From an uncultured Holophagae bacterium (lineage in GTDB: Bacteria; Acidobacteriota; Thermoanaerobaculia; Thermoanaerobaculales; Sulfomarinibacteraceae), in NCBI GenBank assembly GCA_963844865.1, contig CAWJPY010000001.1, forward strand, positions 81,415 through 145,414: a DNA stretch of 64,000 nt, in the 5' to 3' direction. A program made the position numbers and the translations under genes. Shown one piece after another: positions 8,906-18,569 of the stretch. The first letter of the stretch is position 1; every line of letters begins with the position of its first letter. Under the pieces are notes generated by a model. The model saw only the letters and a list, made by a program, of their open reading frames with translations, was not told where the DNA came from and did not search any database.

Positions 8906-9952
8906 GTGAACCCCTGGATCACCTACCTCGCCATCCCGATGGCCAAGATCGTGGTCATCCTGAGCGTGCTGCTGCTGATCGTGGCCTACCTGACCTTCGC
9001 CGAGCGCAAGGTGCTGGCCTACATGCAGGCCCGCGTCGGCCCGAACCGGGTCGGCCCCCGGGGCTGGCTGCAGCCCATCGCCGACGTCCTGAAGCTGTTC
9101 GCCAAGGAGGACCTGGTCCCCGCCAAGGCCGAGCGCTTCGTGTTCCTGCTGGCGCCGATCTTGATCTTCGTCCCGGCCTTCATCGTCTGGGCGGTGATCC
9201 CCTTCGGCGAGCAGTTCACGGTCGCCGGCGTCCCCGTCGACGCCTTCATTTCGGACATCAACATCGCCATCCTGTTCGTCCTCGGGGTGTCCTCCATCGG
9301 CGTGTACGGCATCATCCTCGGCGGCTGGTCGTCCAACAACAAGTTCTCCCTCATGGGCGGCCTGCGGTCGGCGGCCCAGCTCGTCTCCTACGAGATCCCC
9401 CTCGGCTTCGCCGTGGTCTCGGTCCTGCTCATGGCCGAGTCCCTGTCCCTGGTGGACATCGTGGAGTCCCAGCGCCAGGCCGGGCTCTGGTACTTCGTCC
9501 CCGGCATCCTCGGCCTCGGCATCTACTTCATCTGCGGGGTGGCCGAGACCAACCGCAATCCCTTCGACCTCCCCGAGGCCGAGTCGGAGCTGGTGGCCGG
9601 GTTCCACACCGAGTACTCGGGCATGAAGTTCGCGCTGTTCTTCCTGTCCGAGTACATGAACATGCTGCTGGTGTCATCCCTGGCGGTGATCCTCTTCTTC
9701 GGCGGCTGGCTGCCGCCCTTCCCCAACCTCCTGGCCGGACTCTGGGCGTGGCCCGGGCTGGCCTGGATCCCGCCGTTCCTCTGGTACCTGGCCAAGGTGA
9801 TGGTCTTCATCTTCGCCTACATCTGGTTCCGCGGGACCTTCCCCCGCTACCGCTTCGACCAGCTCATGAGCGTGGGTTGGAAGTGGCTGCTGCCCCTGTC
9901 CCTGGCCAATGTGGCCCTGGTCGCGGTCGGGGTGCTCCTCGTCAAGGGATAG
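8906..9952 (+). CDS. nuoH: NADH-quinone oxidoreductase subunit H
   Basis: AERKVLAYMQARVGPNRVGP..GWLQPIADVLKL and ETNRNPFDLPEAESELVAGFHTEYSG motifs. It follows nuoD directly, with no nuoEFG between. Confidence 0.93.
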   Translation: MNPWITYLAIPMAKIVVILSVLLLIVAYLTFAERKVLAYMQARVGPNRVGPRGWLQPIADVLKLFAKEDLVPAKAERFVFLLAPILIFVPAFIVWAVIPFGEQFTVAGVPVDAFISDINIAILFVLGVSSIGVYGIILGGWSSNNKFSLMGGLRSAAQLVSYEIPLGFAVVSVLLMAESLSLVDIVESQRQAGLWYFVPGILGLGIYFICGVAETNRNPFDLPEAESELVAGFHTEYSGMKFALFFLSEYMNMLLVSSLAVILFFGGWLPPFPNLLAGLWAWPGLAWIPPFLWYLAKVMVFIFAYIWFRGTFPRYRFDQLMSVGWKWLLPLSLANVALVAVGVLLVKG

Positions 9953-9956
9953 GGTG

Positions 9957-10505
9957 ATGAAGATCAGGGACTTCCTCGCCAAGCTCACGCTCCTGGACCT
10001 GCTCCAGGGGCTCAAGGTCACGGGCAGCTACCTGTTCCGGCGCAAGGAGACGGTGCAGTACCCGGAGCACAGGCTCGAGCCCTCGGATCGCTTCCGCGGC
10101 ATGTTCGGCTACGACGAGGAGCGCTGCATCGACTGCGGACTGTGCGCCCGGGCCTGCCCCATCGACATCATCTTCATCGAGGACGAGACCCGGGTCGACC
10201 CGGAGACCAACAAGAAGAAGAAGGTCATCCTGCGCTACGACATCGACGTCAAGCGCTGCATGTTCTGCGCCCTCTGCCAGGAGGCATGCCCCACCGAGCC
10301 CCGCTCCATCTGGCTGACCTCCAAGTCCTACGAGGGCGCGACGTACGAGCGCAACCAGGGGCTGTACTTCGACAAGGAGCGCCTGCAGGGCTGGGAGGGC
10401 GTGGAGGCCTACCCGGGCGTCAAGACCCCCAGGGAGGGCGGCCTGCCGGGCGATCCCATGCGGAAGAAGCCTCACCCCGAGCTCGAAGAGAAGCCGAAGA
10501 AGTAG
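9957..10505 (+). CDS. nuoI: NADH-quinone oxidoreductase subunit I
   Basis: Two 4Fe-4S motifs (CIDCGLCARACP, CMFCALCQEACP), with a basic C-terminal tail. Confidence 0.9.
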   Translation: MKIRDFLAKLTLLDLLQGLKVTGSYLFRRKETVQYPEHRLEPSDRFRGMFGYDEERCIDCGLCARACPIDIIFIEDETRVDPETNKKKKVILRYDIDVKRCMFCALCQEACPTEPRSIWLTSKSYEGATYERNQGLYFDKERLQGWEGVEAYPGVKTPREGGLPGDPMRKKPHPELEEKPKK

Positions 10506-10568
10506 CGGGCGCCGAGGCGATCAGGAGGAACGAGTGGTGATCCGACACACCGAGCTCACGAGTCCGGA

Positions 10569-10588
10569 CCGGCCTCCCGGGAGGCCGG
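10569..10588. other. perfect 20-nt palindrome in the nuoI-nuoJ spacer
   Basis: CCGGCCTCCCGGGAGGCCGG lies within a 174-nt intra-operon gap. It could form a 10-bp hairpin in the mRNA. Confidence 0.5.
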
Positions 10589-10679
10589 CGACCCGTTGGG
10601 TCGTGGACGCTGGAGCTCTGGACCGCAGCCTGCTGCTTGACGCTCCGGGGCCCGTGGACCCGAAGAGGGAAGCCGTGTC

Positions 10680-11246
10680 ATGGACTTCATAGTCGTCCAC
10701 TTCGAGCAGATCGTGTTCTACGTGCTGGCCACCCTGACGGTGGCCGGGGCCCTCGGGGTCATCACCCTGAAGAGCCCCGTGCACGCGGCTTTGTCCCTGC
10801 TGTGGTCGTTCCTCATGGTCGCGGCCCTGTTCGTGCTCCGGCAGGCGGAGTTCCTGGCCGCGGTCCAGGTCCTGGTGTACGCCGGCGGGATCATGGTCCT
10901 GTTCCTGTTCGTCATCATGCTGGTGAACGTGAAGGGGCTGCACGCCGAGTCGGTCTTCCTGTCCCGGATCGCGCCGCTGGCCGTCATCGGAGGGGTCCTG
11001 GTGGGGGCGCTGCTGTCCATCGCCCTCCTTTTGGGCGTGGTCGCGGCAAGCCCGGCCGGCCCCGGTCTGGCCACGGTCGCCGGCGAGCACGCCGGCAACA
11101 CGCAGGCGGTCGGCACCCTCCTGTACACGAGGTACCTGGTGCCCTTCGAGGTGGTTTCGGTGGTGCTGCTGGTGGCCATGATCGGCGCCATCATCTTCGG
11201 TCGCAAGGACCCGGAGATGGAGGGCAGCGGGGAGGTCGGGCTGTGA
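10680..11246 (+). CDS. nuoJ: NADH-quinone oxidoreductase subunit J
   Basis: 5-TM protein in the nuo position, with the VLVYAGGIMVLFLFVIM motif. Confidence 0.88.
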   Translation: MDFIVVHFEQIVFYVLATLTVAGALGVITLKSPVHAALSLLWSFLMVAALFVLRQAEFLAAVQVLVYAGGIMVLFLFVIMLVNVKGLHAESVFLSRIAPLAVIGGVLVGALLSIALLLGVVAASPAGPGLATVAGEHAGNTQAVGTLLYTRYLVPFEVVSVVLLVAMIGAIIFGRKDPEMEGSGEVGL

Positions 11247-11545
11247 TCACCGCCACCCACTACCTGGGGCTGTCCCTGATCCTGTTCACCCTGGGCCTCA
11301 TCGGGGTGATGGTGCGGCGCAACTTCATCACCGTGCTCATGTCCCTGGAGCTGCTCTTCAACGCCGTGAACCTCAACCTGATCGCCTTCTCCTACCGCCT
11401 GGCCGACCTGGCGGGGCAGGTGCTGGCGATCTTCGTCATCACCATCGCCGCCGCCGAGGCGGCCATCGGCCTCGGCCTGATCATCGCCCTGGTGCGGCTC
11501 AAGAACACCGTGACCCTGGACGAGGCCGACGAGATGCGGGGCTAG
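11243..11545 (+). CDS. nuoK: NADH-quinone oxidoreductase subunit K
   Basis: 100-aa 3-TM protein LGLSLILFTLGLIGV...MSLELLFNAVNLN...AAAEAAIGL. The GTG start overlaps the nuoJ stop. Confidence 0.88.
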   Translation: MITATHYLGLSLILFTLGLIGVMVRRNFITVLMSLELLFNAVNLNLIAFSYRLADLAGQVLAIFVITIAAAEAAIGLGLIIALVRLKNTVTLDEADEMRG

Positions 11546-11548
11546 CCG

Positions 11549-13651
11549 ATGACGCCGTACGAGTTGATCTGGTTGGTTCCCCTGTTCCCCCTCGCGGGTG
11601 CGGCCTTCAACGGCTTCGTCTCCAACCGCCGAGGCTACTCCAAGACGACCGCTCACACCGTGGCCCTCCTCGGCTCGGGCCTGGCCTGGCTGTGGGGGTG
11701 GGCGGCGGTGATCTGGTGGGCCGTCGCCGAAGACCACGCCCGACCCTACGTGGTCCACCTCTTCGACTGGATCCTGGGCGGCTCGGTGCCCATCGCGGAC
11801 GGTTCCCTGGCGCCGATCCACATCGCCGCCTCCTTCCAGCTGGACCCGCTGTCGGCGGTGATGGTGGCGTTCGTGACCTTCGTGGGCTTCCTGATCCACC
11901 TCTACTCCGTGGGCTACATGCACTCGGAGTCGGACCGTGCCTACGCCCGGTACTTCGCCTACCTGAACCTGTTCATGTTCGCCATGCTGACCCTGGTGCT
12001 GGGCTCCAACCTGCCGGTCCTGTTCGTGGGCTGGGAGGGCGTGGGGCTGTGCTCGTACCTCCTCATCGGCTTCTACTTCGATAAGGAGTGGTGCGCGTCG
12101 GCCGGCAAGAAGGCGTTCATCGTCAACCGTATTGGTGACTTCGGCTTCCTGCTCGCGATCTTCGCGTGCTTTGCCACCTTCGGATCCACCGAGTTTCAGG
12201 CCATGTTCCCGGCCGCGGCGGCCCACCCCGAGCAGTACATGGGGGCGGCCACGGTGATCGCCCTGCTGCTCTTCGTGGGAGCGGTGGGCAAGTCGGCCCA
12301 GATCCCGCTGTACGTGTGGCTGCCGGACGCCATGGCCGGTCCGACCCCGGTGTCGGCCCTCATCCACGCCGCGACCATGGTCACGGCGGGGGTGTACATG
12401 GTGGCGCGGTGCAACGTGTTCTTCCGGCTCAGCCCCACGGCCATGCTGGTGGTGGCGCTCGTGGGCGGGGTGACGGCGGTGTTCGCGGCGACCATCGGTC
12501 TGGTGCAGAACGACATCAAGAAGGTGCTGGCCTACTCCACGGTGTCCCAGCTCGGGTACATGTTCCTGGGGGCGGGGGTGGGGGCCTTCGTGGCGGCCAT
12601 CTTCCACGTGGTGACCCACGCCTTCTTCAAGGCCTGCCTGTTCCTCGGCTCGGGGTCGGTGATCCACGCCTGCGGGGGCGAGCAGGACATGCGCAAGATG
12701 GGCGGGCTGAAGAAGGTGATGCCCACCACCTACTGGACGTTCCTGATGGCGACCATCGCCATCGCCGGCATCTTCCCGTTCGCGGGCTTCTTCTCCAAGG
12801 ACAAGATCCTGGCCGCCACCTTCGCCGCGGCCTACGGCGACCTCAACGGCTTCGGGACGGTGATCTCGGTGCTGTGGGTGCTGGGCCTGGGGGGCGCGTT
12901 CCTCACCGCCTTCTACATGTTCCGGCTGGTGTACATGACCTTCCACGGGGAGTTCCGGGGCTCAGACGAAGCGAAGCACCACCTGCACGAGTCGCCGTGG
13001 ACCATGACGCTGCCCCTGATCGTGCTCGGGAGCCTGTCGGTCGTCGGCGGCTTCATGGGCTTCCCCGGCGAGCTGGCGCAGCACGCCGAGCTGAACGGCA
13101 TCGAGCGCTTCCTGGAGCCCATCCTGCTGCCCATCCACCACGGGGCGGAGGCCGCGGAGCACGCCGTGCACCACGTGCCCCTGTCCCTGGAGCTGGGGCT
13201 GATCGCCCTCTCCCTGGTGGTCGCCGGCTCCGGGATCTGGGTGGCGGCGCGCTTCTACCACGGCGTCCACCCCTTCGAGCGGGCGCGCCGTCTCGCCGAC
13301 CGCTTCCCCTTCGCCTACCGGCTGCTCCTCAACAAGTACTGGGTGGACGAGCTGTATGAAGCGACGGTGGTGGCGGGCTCGGTCAAGCTGGCGGACCTCC
13401 TGTGGGAGGCCGATGCGCGGGTGGTGGACGGCGCGGTCAACGGCACCCGCCACGTGACGGTGGGATCGAGCTTTCTCTCCGGCATCTTCGACCTCAGGGT
13501 GGTGGACGGTCTGGTCAACCTCGTGGCGAGGATCTACGACGTGGCCAGCCACCGCTTCCGCCGCCTGCAGATGGGCTTCACCCAGGGCTACGCCATGGTG
13601 ATGGTCTTCGGAGCGGCCGTCCTGCTGGTCGCGTTCCTGATCACGTACTAG
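11549..13651 (+). CDS. nuoL: NADH-quinone oxidoreductase subunit L
   Basis: 700-aa antiporter-like subunit (WEGVGLCSYLLIGF, GKSAQIPLYVWLPDAMAGPTPVSALIHAATMV) with a long C-terminal lateral-helix region. Confidence 0.93.
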   Translation: MTPYELIWLVPLFPLAGAAFNGFVSNRRGYSKTTAHTVALLGSGLAWLWGWAAVIWWAVAEDHARPYVVHLFDWILGGSVPIADGSLAPIHIAASFQLDPLSAVMVAFVTFVGFLIHLYSVGYMHSESDRAYARYFAYLNLFMFAMLTLVLGSNLPVLFVGWEGVGLCSYLLIGFYFDKEWCASAGKKAFIVNRIGDFGFLLAIFACFATFGSTEFQAMFPAAAAHPEQYMGAATVIALLLFVGAVGKSAQIPLYVWLPDAMAGPTPVSALIHAATMVTAGVYMVARCNVFFRLSPTAMLVVALVGGVTAVFAATIGLVQNDIKKVLAYSTVSQLGYMFLGAGVGAFVAAIFHVVTHAFFKACLFLGSGSVIHACGGEQDMRKMGGLKKVMPTTYWTFLMATIAIAGIFPFAGFFSKDKILAATFAAAYGDLNGFGTVISVLWVLGLGGAFLTAFYMFRLVYMTFHGEFRGSDEAKHHLHESPWTMTLPLIVLGSLSVVGGFMGFPGELAQHAELNGIERFLEPILLPIHHGAEAAEHAVHHVPLSLELGLIALSLVVAGSGIWVAARFYHGVHPFERARRLADRFPFAYRLLLNKYWVDELYEATVVAGSVKLADLLWEADARVVDGAVNGTRHVTVGSSFLSGIFDLRVVDGLVNLVARIYDVASHRFRRLQMGFTQGYAMVMVFGAAVLLVAFLITY

Positions 13652-13666
13652 GGGGCAAGGGCAACA

Positions 13667-15292
13667 ATGGCATACGACGAAACCTACGGTTGGCTGCTCA
13701 ACCTGGTCTGCTACTTGCCGCTGGCCGGGGCGATCCTGACCGCGTTTGCGATCTCCAAGGACAACACCCGCGCCATCAAGTGGTTCGCCACCGTCATCAC
13801 GGGTGTGGACTTCCTGTTGGCGATCCCGCTGTGGCTGCTGTACCGGGCCGACGGGGCGGAGTTCCAGTTCGCCACCAAGGCGGCGTGGATCCCGTCGGTG
13901 GGCGTGCAGTACATCTTCGGGGTGGACGGCTTCTCGATTTTGCTCATCATGCTCACCACCCTGCTCGGCTTCATCGCGGTGTACTCCTCGTTCACCGCCA
14001 TCACCGAGCGCGAGAAGGAGTACTACATCTTCCTGCTCCTGCTCCAGACCGGGATGATGGGCGTGTTCTGCGCCCTCGACTTCATCCTCTTCTACGTCTT
14101 CTGGGAGGTCATGCTGGTCCCGATGTACTTCCTGATCGGGGTCTGGGGCGGCCCGCGCAAGCTGTATGCGGCCATCAAGTTCTTCCTCTACACCCTGGTC
14201 GGCTCGGTGCTCATGTTGTTGGGCATCCTGGCCCTGTACTTCTACCATGGGGACGGCCTCGCCGCCGTTGGGCTGCAGGGGCTCGGCCTGGGCAACACCT
14301 TCGAGATCCCCGTTCTGTACCAGATGGCGCCCCAGATCCCGGGCGGCCTCCAGTTCTGGATCTTCCTCGCCTTCTTCGTGGGCTTCGCCATCAAGGTCCC
14401 CATGTTCCCGTTCCACACCTGGCTGCCGGACGCCCACGTCGAGGCCCCCACCGCCGGGTCGGTGATCCTGGCCGGTGTCCTCCTGAAGATGGGCACCTAC
14501 GGCTTCGTCCGCCTCTCCCTGCCCCTGCTGCCTGAGGCCACCGTCAAGGCGGTGGGATGGATCGGGGTGCTGGCCATCATCGCCATCATCTACGGCGCGC
14601 TGGTGGCCATGGCCCAAAAGGACATGAAGAAGCTGGTGGCCTACTCCTCCGTCAGCCACATGGGCTTCGTGATGATCGGCATGTTCGCCCTCAACGCGGC
14701 GGGGCTCAGGGGCTCCATCCTGCAGATGATCAACCACGGCGTCTCCACCGGCGCCCTCTTCTTGCTCGTGGGCATCATCTACGAACGGCGCCACAACCGC
14801 ATGATCGCGGAGTACGGCGGCCTCGCCAAGGTCATGCCCCTGTACGCCACCTTCTTCTTGATCATCACCCTTTCGTCCATCGGCCTGCCCACCCTGAACG
14901 GCTTCGTGGGTGAGTTCACCATCCTCATCGGGGCCTTCCTCCACTCCTGGACGTGGGCGATCTTCGCGGCGAGCGGCATCGTGCTCGGAGCGGCCTACAT
15001 GCTGTGGATGTACCAGCGGGTCTTCTTCGGCGAGGTCAAGAACGACAAGAACAAGGGGCTGCCCGACCTCAACCTGCGCGAGCGCTGGACCCTGATCCCG
15101 CTCATCGTGATCGCGTTCTGGATCGGGCTCTACCCGAAGCCCTTCTTCAACCTCATGGAGCCGACCGTCAACAGGGTGCTGGCGAGGGTGGAGGTGGCTC
15201 TGCCCCGGACGCCGGCGCAACCGGCGGCCACCGCTGGAGCTGAGACTGCGCCCGAGGCCGGCCCGCACGGCCACGAGGTCGGTGGGGAGTAA
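13667..15292 (+). CDS. nuoM: NADH-quinone oxidoreductase subunit M
   Basis: Antiporter-like subunit (FFVGFAIKVPMFPFHTWLPDAHVEAPTAGSVILAGVLLKMG). Confidence 0.93.
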   Translation: MAYDETYGWLLNLVCYLPLAGAILTAFAISKDNTRAIKWFATVITGVDFLLAIPLWLLYRADGAEFQFATKAAWIPSVGVQYIFGVDGFSILLIMLTTLLGFIAVYSSFTAITEREKEYYIFLLLLQTGMMGVFCALDFILFYVFWEVMLVPMYFLIGVWGGPRKLYAAIKFFLYTLVGSVLMLLGILALYFYHGDGLAAVGLQGLGLGNTFEIPVLYQMAPQIPGGLQFWIFLAFFVGFAIKVPMFPFHTWLPDAHVEAPTAGSVILAGVLLKMGTYGFVRLSLPLLPEATVKAVGWIGVLAIIAIIYGALVAMAQKDMKKLVAYSSVSHMGFVMIGMFALNAAGLRGSILQMINHGVSTGALFLLVGIIYERRHNRMIAEYGGLAKVMPLYATFFLIITLSSIGLPTLNGFVGEFTILIGAFLHSWTWAIFAASGIVLGAAYMLWMYQRVFFGEVKNDKNKGLPDLNLRERWTLIPLIVIAFWIGLYPKPFFNLMEPTVNRVLARVEVALPRTPAQPAATAGAETAPEAGPHGHEVGGE

Positions 15293-15295
15293 GGC

Positions 15296-16741
15296 ATGAC
15301 GCCAAGCGGATTCGTGCCGTTCCTGCCAGAGATCGTGCTGGCGACGGCGGGCTTCCTGCTCCTGGTGGCGGGCATCCCCCTGGGCCGCCGCGCCACCCGG
15401 CAGCTCGCCCTGGCGGCGGTGGCCGCCCTGGCCGTCACCGTGGTTCTGGTGCTGGTGCTGGCGCGACCCGGCGTCGCCCCGCACTCCATCCTCGGCGACA
15501 TGCTGGTCATCGACCGCATGGCCGTCTTCTTCAAGATCCTGCTGGCCGCCGTGTCGGCCGTGACCGTGCTCATGGCAGCCGGCTACCTGGAGCGGTCGGG
15601 GTACGGGGGCGGAGAGTTCGTCTCCCTCATCCTGTGTGCCACCCTCGGCATGTACGTGATGGTCTCAGGCGCCAACCTGGCCAGCCTCTACGTGGGCCTC
15701 GAGCTCATGGCCCTGTCCGTGTACGTGCTCGTGGGCTACTTCAAGCTGGAGGCCCGGTCCAACGAGGGAGCGATCAAGTACTTCGTGCTCGGCGCCCTGT
15801 CCTCGGCGGTACTCCTGTACGGCATCTCCCTCGTCTACGGGGCCACCGGCACCCTGGACCTGGCCGCCATCCGCGCCCAGCTGGTCGCCCTGCCCGACAG
15901 CAACCCCACCCTGCTGCTGGGCATCGTCCTGGTGGGCTTCGGGATGCTCTTCAAGGTGGCCGCGGTGCCGTTCCACGTCTGGACCCCCGATGCCTACGAG
16001 GGCGCCCCGACGCCGGTCACCGCCTTCATGTCGGTGGGCCCGAAGGCCGCCGCCTTCGCCATGTTCCTGCGCCTGTTCGTGACCGCGTTCGCACCCGAGG
16101 TGGACTACTGGCGCATCATCCTCTGGCTGGCGGCCGCGGCGACCATGATCTACGGCAACGTCGCCGCACTCACCCAGGACAACGTCAAGCGGATGCTCGC
16201 CTACTCGTCCATCGCCCACGCCGGCTACGCCCTCTTGGGTCTGGTGGCGGCCACGCCCATGGGCACGTGGTCCGTGCTCCTGTACATGCTGGTCTACGCG
16301 TTCATGAACCTCGGCGCCTTCGGCTTCGTGATCCTCCTCGAGTCCCGGGGCTACGCCGGTGAGACCATCGCCGACTACGCGGGGCTCGCCCGGAGGCACC
16401 CCGGCGCCGCCGCCATCATGCTCTGGTTCATGCTCGCCCTCGCCGGGATCCCGCCCACCGCCGGCTTCATGGGCAAGCTCTACCTGTTCGCCGCGGCGGT
16501 GGGAGCGGGCTACGTGGGCCTCGCGGTCATCGCCGTCATCATGTCGGCGGTGAGCCTGTACTACTACTTCCGGATCGTGGTCCAGATGTACCTGCGGGAC
16601 GGCGAGGACGTGGAGCCCGCCCACATGCTCAGGGACCGCTGGGTGGAAGCGATGATCGGGGTGTGCGCCGTGGTCACGCTGGTGGTCGGGGTCTACCCCA
16701 CGCCCCTGGTCGGCTGGCTGAAGGCCCTGAGCCTGGTGTAG
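15296..16741 (+). CDS. nuoN: NADH-quinone oxidoreductase subunit N
   Basis: Antiporter-like subunit (FKVAAVPFHVWTPDAYEGAPTPVTAF), last gene of the cluster. Confidence 0.92.
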   Translation: MTPSGFVPFLPEIVLATAGFLLLVAGIPLGRRATRQLALAAVAALAVTVVLVLVLARPGVAPHSILGDMLVIDRMAVFFKILLAAVSAVTVLMAAGYLERSGYGGGEFVSLILCATLGMYVMVSGANLASLYVGLELMALSVYVLVGYFKLEARSNEGAIKYFVLGALSSAVLLYGISLVYGATGTLDLAAIRAQLVALPDSNPTLLLGIVLVGFGMLFKVAAVPFHVWTPDAYEGAPTPVTAFMSVGPKAAAFAMFLRLFVTAFAPEVDYWRIILWLAAAATMIYGNVAALTQDNVKRMLAYSSIAHAGYALLGLVAATPMGTWSVLLYMLVYAFMNLGAFGFVILLESRGYAGETIADYAGLARRHPGAAAIMLWFMLALAGIPPTAGFMGKLYLFAAAVGAGYVGLAVIAVIMSAVSLYYYFRIVVQMYLRDGEDVEPAHMLRDRWVEAMIGVCAVVTLVVGVYPTPLVGWLKALSLV

Positions 16742-16798
16742 GCGGCGTCATGGCACGCAGTCTCTCCGCGCGCGGCACGAGACGAGTAGAGTGGAGAC

Positions 16799-17077
16799 AT
16801 GGCCAAGAAGAAGGCACTCGAGGACGCGCGAACCTGGTTGAACGTGTCCATCGTCGGCATCCAGTTCCCGGTCGCCATCGCCATCGGCTACTTCTTCGGG
16901 AACTGGCTCGACCGACAGCTGCACACCGGCCCCTGGATGATGGTTGTCTTCTCCCTGTTCGGCATCGTCGCCGGCTTCGTGAACCTGTTCCGCATCACGG
17001 CCGAGGCGGCGCGGGAGGAGGAGGAGCAGGCGCGGCGGGAGGCCGAGGATCGACATGGACCCGCGGACGAACCCTGA
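16799..17077 (+). CDS. AtpZ/AtpI-like small membrane protein (putative F0F1-ATPase accessory subunit)
   Basis: 92 aa with two TM helices. It sits immediately upstream of atpI-atpB-atpE and has a charged C-terminal tail. Confidence 0.6.
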   Translation: MAKKKALEDARTWLNVSIVGIQFPVAIAIGYFFGNWLDRQLHTGPWMMVVFSLFGIVAGFVNLFRITAEAAREEEEQARREAEDRHGPADEP

Positions 17078-17444
17078 CGCGCTGTTCGTGCGCCGGGTGG
17101 CCAGAACCGCCTGGGGGTTGGTGATGGTGGGCGTCGCGGCCGAGCTGATCTTGAGACAATCCCTTTCGGGAGCGGCAAGCTTGACGCTGGCAGGTGGCGT
17201 GTCTATTATCAACTTCCGCTGGTTAGAGACGGTGCTGCAGGGGGTGGTGCAACCGGGCCAGCCGCACTTCGACCTCATTTCCCTGGCCCGCATCGTCGGC
17301 CGCTTCGTCCTCCTCGCCGGCGTATTCGCGGCCCTCCTGTGGGTCCCGCACATCGAGCCCGTGGCCATCGCGCTCGGCTTTTCGACCCTGGTGGTCGCCA
17401 TCGTCATCGAGGGCGCCCGCTGGGCTTTGGTTGGAGGAAGGTGA
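17055..17444 (+). CDS. atpI: ATP synthase protein I
   Basis: 129-aa 4-TM protein directly preceding atpB. It overlaps the preceding gene by 23 nt. Confidence 0.6.
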   Translation: MDPRTNPDALFVRRVARTAWGLVMVGVAAELILRQSLSGAASLTLAGGVSIINFRWLETVLQGVVQPGQPHFDLISLARIVGRFVLLAGVFAALLWVPHIEPVAIALGFSTLVVAIVIEGARWALVGGR

Positions 17445-18190
17445 TGGAGCATCCTCTCTCGATCCTGTACGGACCGGTCAATCATCTGTTGATGGTTCTC
17501 TTCGGCGCCTCCAGCGTCCGCTGGCGGGAGCTGATGGGGATCCACGAGGCGGGCTACTGGCTCCCCGACCACGTGATCATGTCGGCGCTGGTGGTGGTGC
17601 TGCTGGCGGCGGTCTTCATCCCCGTCAGCCGGAGCCTCTCCGTGGAGCGCCCGGGGCGCGCCCAGCAGGTCCTGGAGCTGCTCGTGGTGGGCCTCAGGGA
17701 CCTCATCGAGGACGTGGTGGGGCACGGCTTCGGACGCCAGTTCCTGCCCTTCATCGCCGGGCTGGCGGTGTTCATCTTCGTCGGCAACATCTTCGGTCTC
17801 TTCTTCTTCGTGCAGCCCCCCACCGCCAACCCGAATACCACCTTCGCCCTGTCCATCACGGCCTTCCTGTACTACAACGTCGTGGGCTTCAAGCGCAATG
17901 GGTTCCTCAACTACCTGAAGCAGTTCGTGGGCCCGGTGTGGTGGCTGTTCCTGATCATGGTGCCCATCGAGATCATCTCCCACTTCGCCCGCATCCTCTC
18001 CCTCGCCATCCGGCTCTTCGGCAACATCTTCGGCGAGCACACGGCGACCGGGATCTTCTTCTTCTTGTTCCCCTTCGTCGTTCCGTGGCCCATGATGGGC
18101 CTGGGGATCTTCGGAGCGCTCTTGCAGGCGTTCATCTTCATCATGTTGACCATGGCCTACCTCAACGGCGCGGTCGCCGCTGAGCACTGA
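17444..18190 (+). CDS. atpB: F0F1 ATP synthase subunit a
   Basis: LSLAIRLFGNIFGEH motif carrying the essential Arg. ATG 17444 is preceded by GGAGGAAGG. Confidence 0.9.
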   Translation: MEHPLSILYGPVNHLLMVLFGASSVRWRELMGIHEAGYWLPDHVIMSALVVVLLAAVFIPVSRSLSVERPGRAQQVLELLVVGLRDLIEDVVGHGFGRQFLPFIAGLAVFIFVGNIFGLFFFVQPPTANPNTTFALSITAFLYYNVVGFKRNGFLNYLKQFVGPVWWLFLIMVPIEIISHFARILSLAIRLFGNIFGEHTATGIFFFLFPFVVPWPMMGLGIFGALLQAFIFIMLTMAYLNGAVAAEH

Positions 18191-18228
18191 TGACCACGAC
18201 GTCAGAGATTGAGTCAAAGGAGGACCGT

Positions 18229-18546
18229 ATGAAGCGTTTCGCAGTCCTGGCAATCGTCCTGGTGGCCCTTGCCCTGGCCGCTCCAGCCTTCGCGCAGGAG
18301 CATGCCGGGGCCGCCGCCCCCGCCAAGAACATCTTCCAGTACATCGGCGCCTCGTTCGCCATCGGCCTCGCCGCCGCCCTGGGCTCCCTCGGGCAGGGCA
18401 AGGGCCTGTCGGCGGCCTGCGAGGCGATCGGCCGCAACCCCGGCGCGGTGGGGCCGATCCGCATCACCATGATCATCGGACTGGCCCTCATCGAGTCCCT
18501 GGTGATCTACGCCCTGGTGATCGCCTTCCTGATTCTCGCCGGCTGA
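18229..18546 (+). CDS. atpE: F0F1 ATP synthase subunit c with an N-terminal signal-peptide-like extension
   Basis: GSLGQGKG loop, AIGRNPG and the carboxylate helix IIGLALIESLVIYALVIAF. The N-terminus MKRFAVLAIVLVALALAAPAFA-QE looks like a Sec signal. AAGGAGG lies before ATG 18229. Confidence 0.88.
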   Translation: MKRFAVLAIVLVALALAAPAFAQEHAGAAAPAKNIFQYIGASFAIGLAAALGSLGQGKGLSAACEAIGRNPGAVGPIRITMIIGLALIESLVIYALVIAFLILAG

Positions 18547-18569
18547 CACCGACACCGCATCGCACGCAC

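Noticed and set aside
10718-15484. Very long minus-strand ORFs (10718-12946, 742 aa; 12962-15484, 840 aa) antisense to nuoJ-nuoN. Similar giants occur elsewhere: 2407-4812 (+), the N-terminal part of 24395-29266 (+), 41432-44050 (-), 44721-46838 (+) and 3659-5380 (-).
   Set aside because: Their translations are Arg/Gly/Pro/His-rich low-complexity sequences with no recognisable motifs. Each lies exactly opposite, or out of frame with, a gene that has clear family motifs and strong GC3 bias. They are typical stop-poor shadow ORFs of a high-GC genome.
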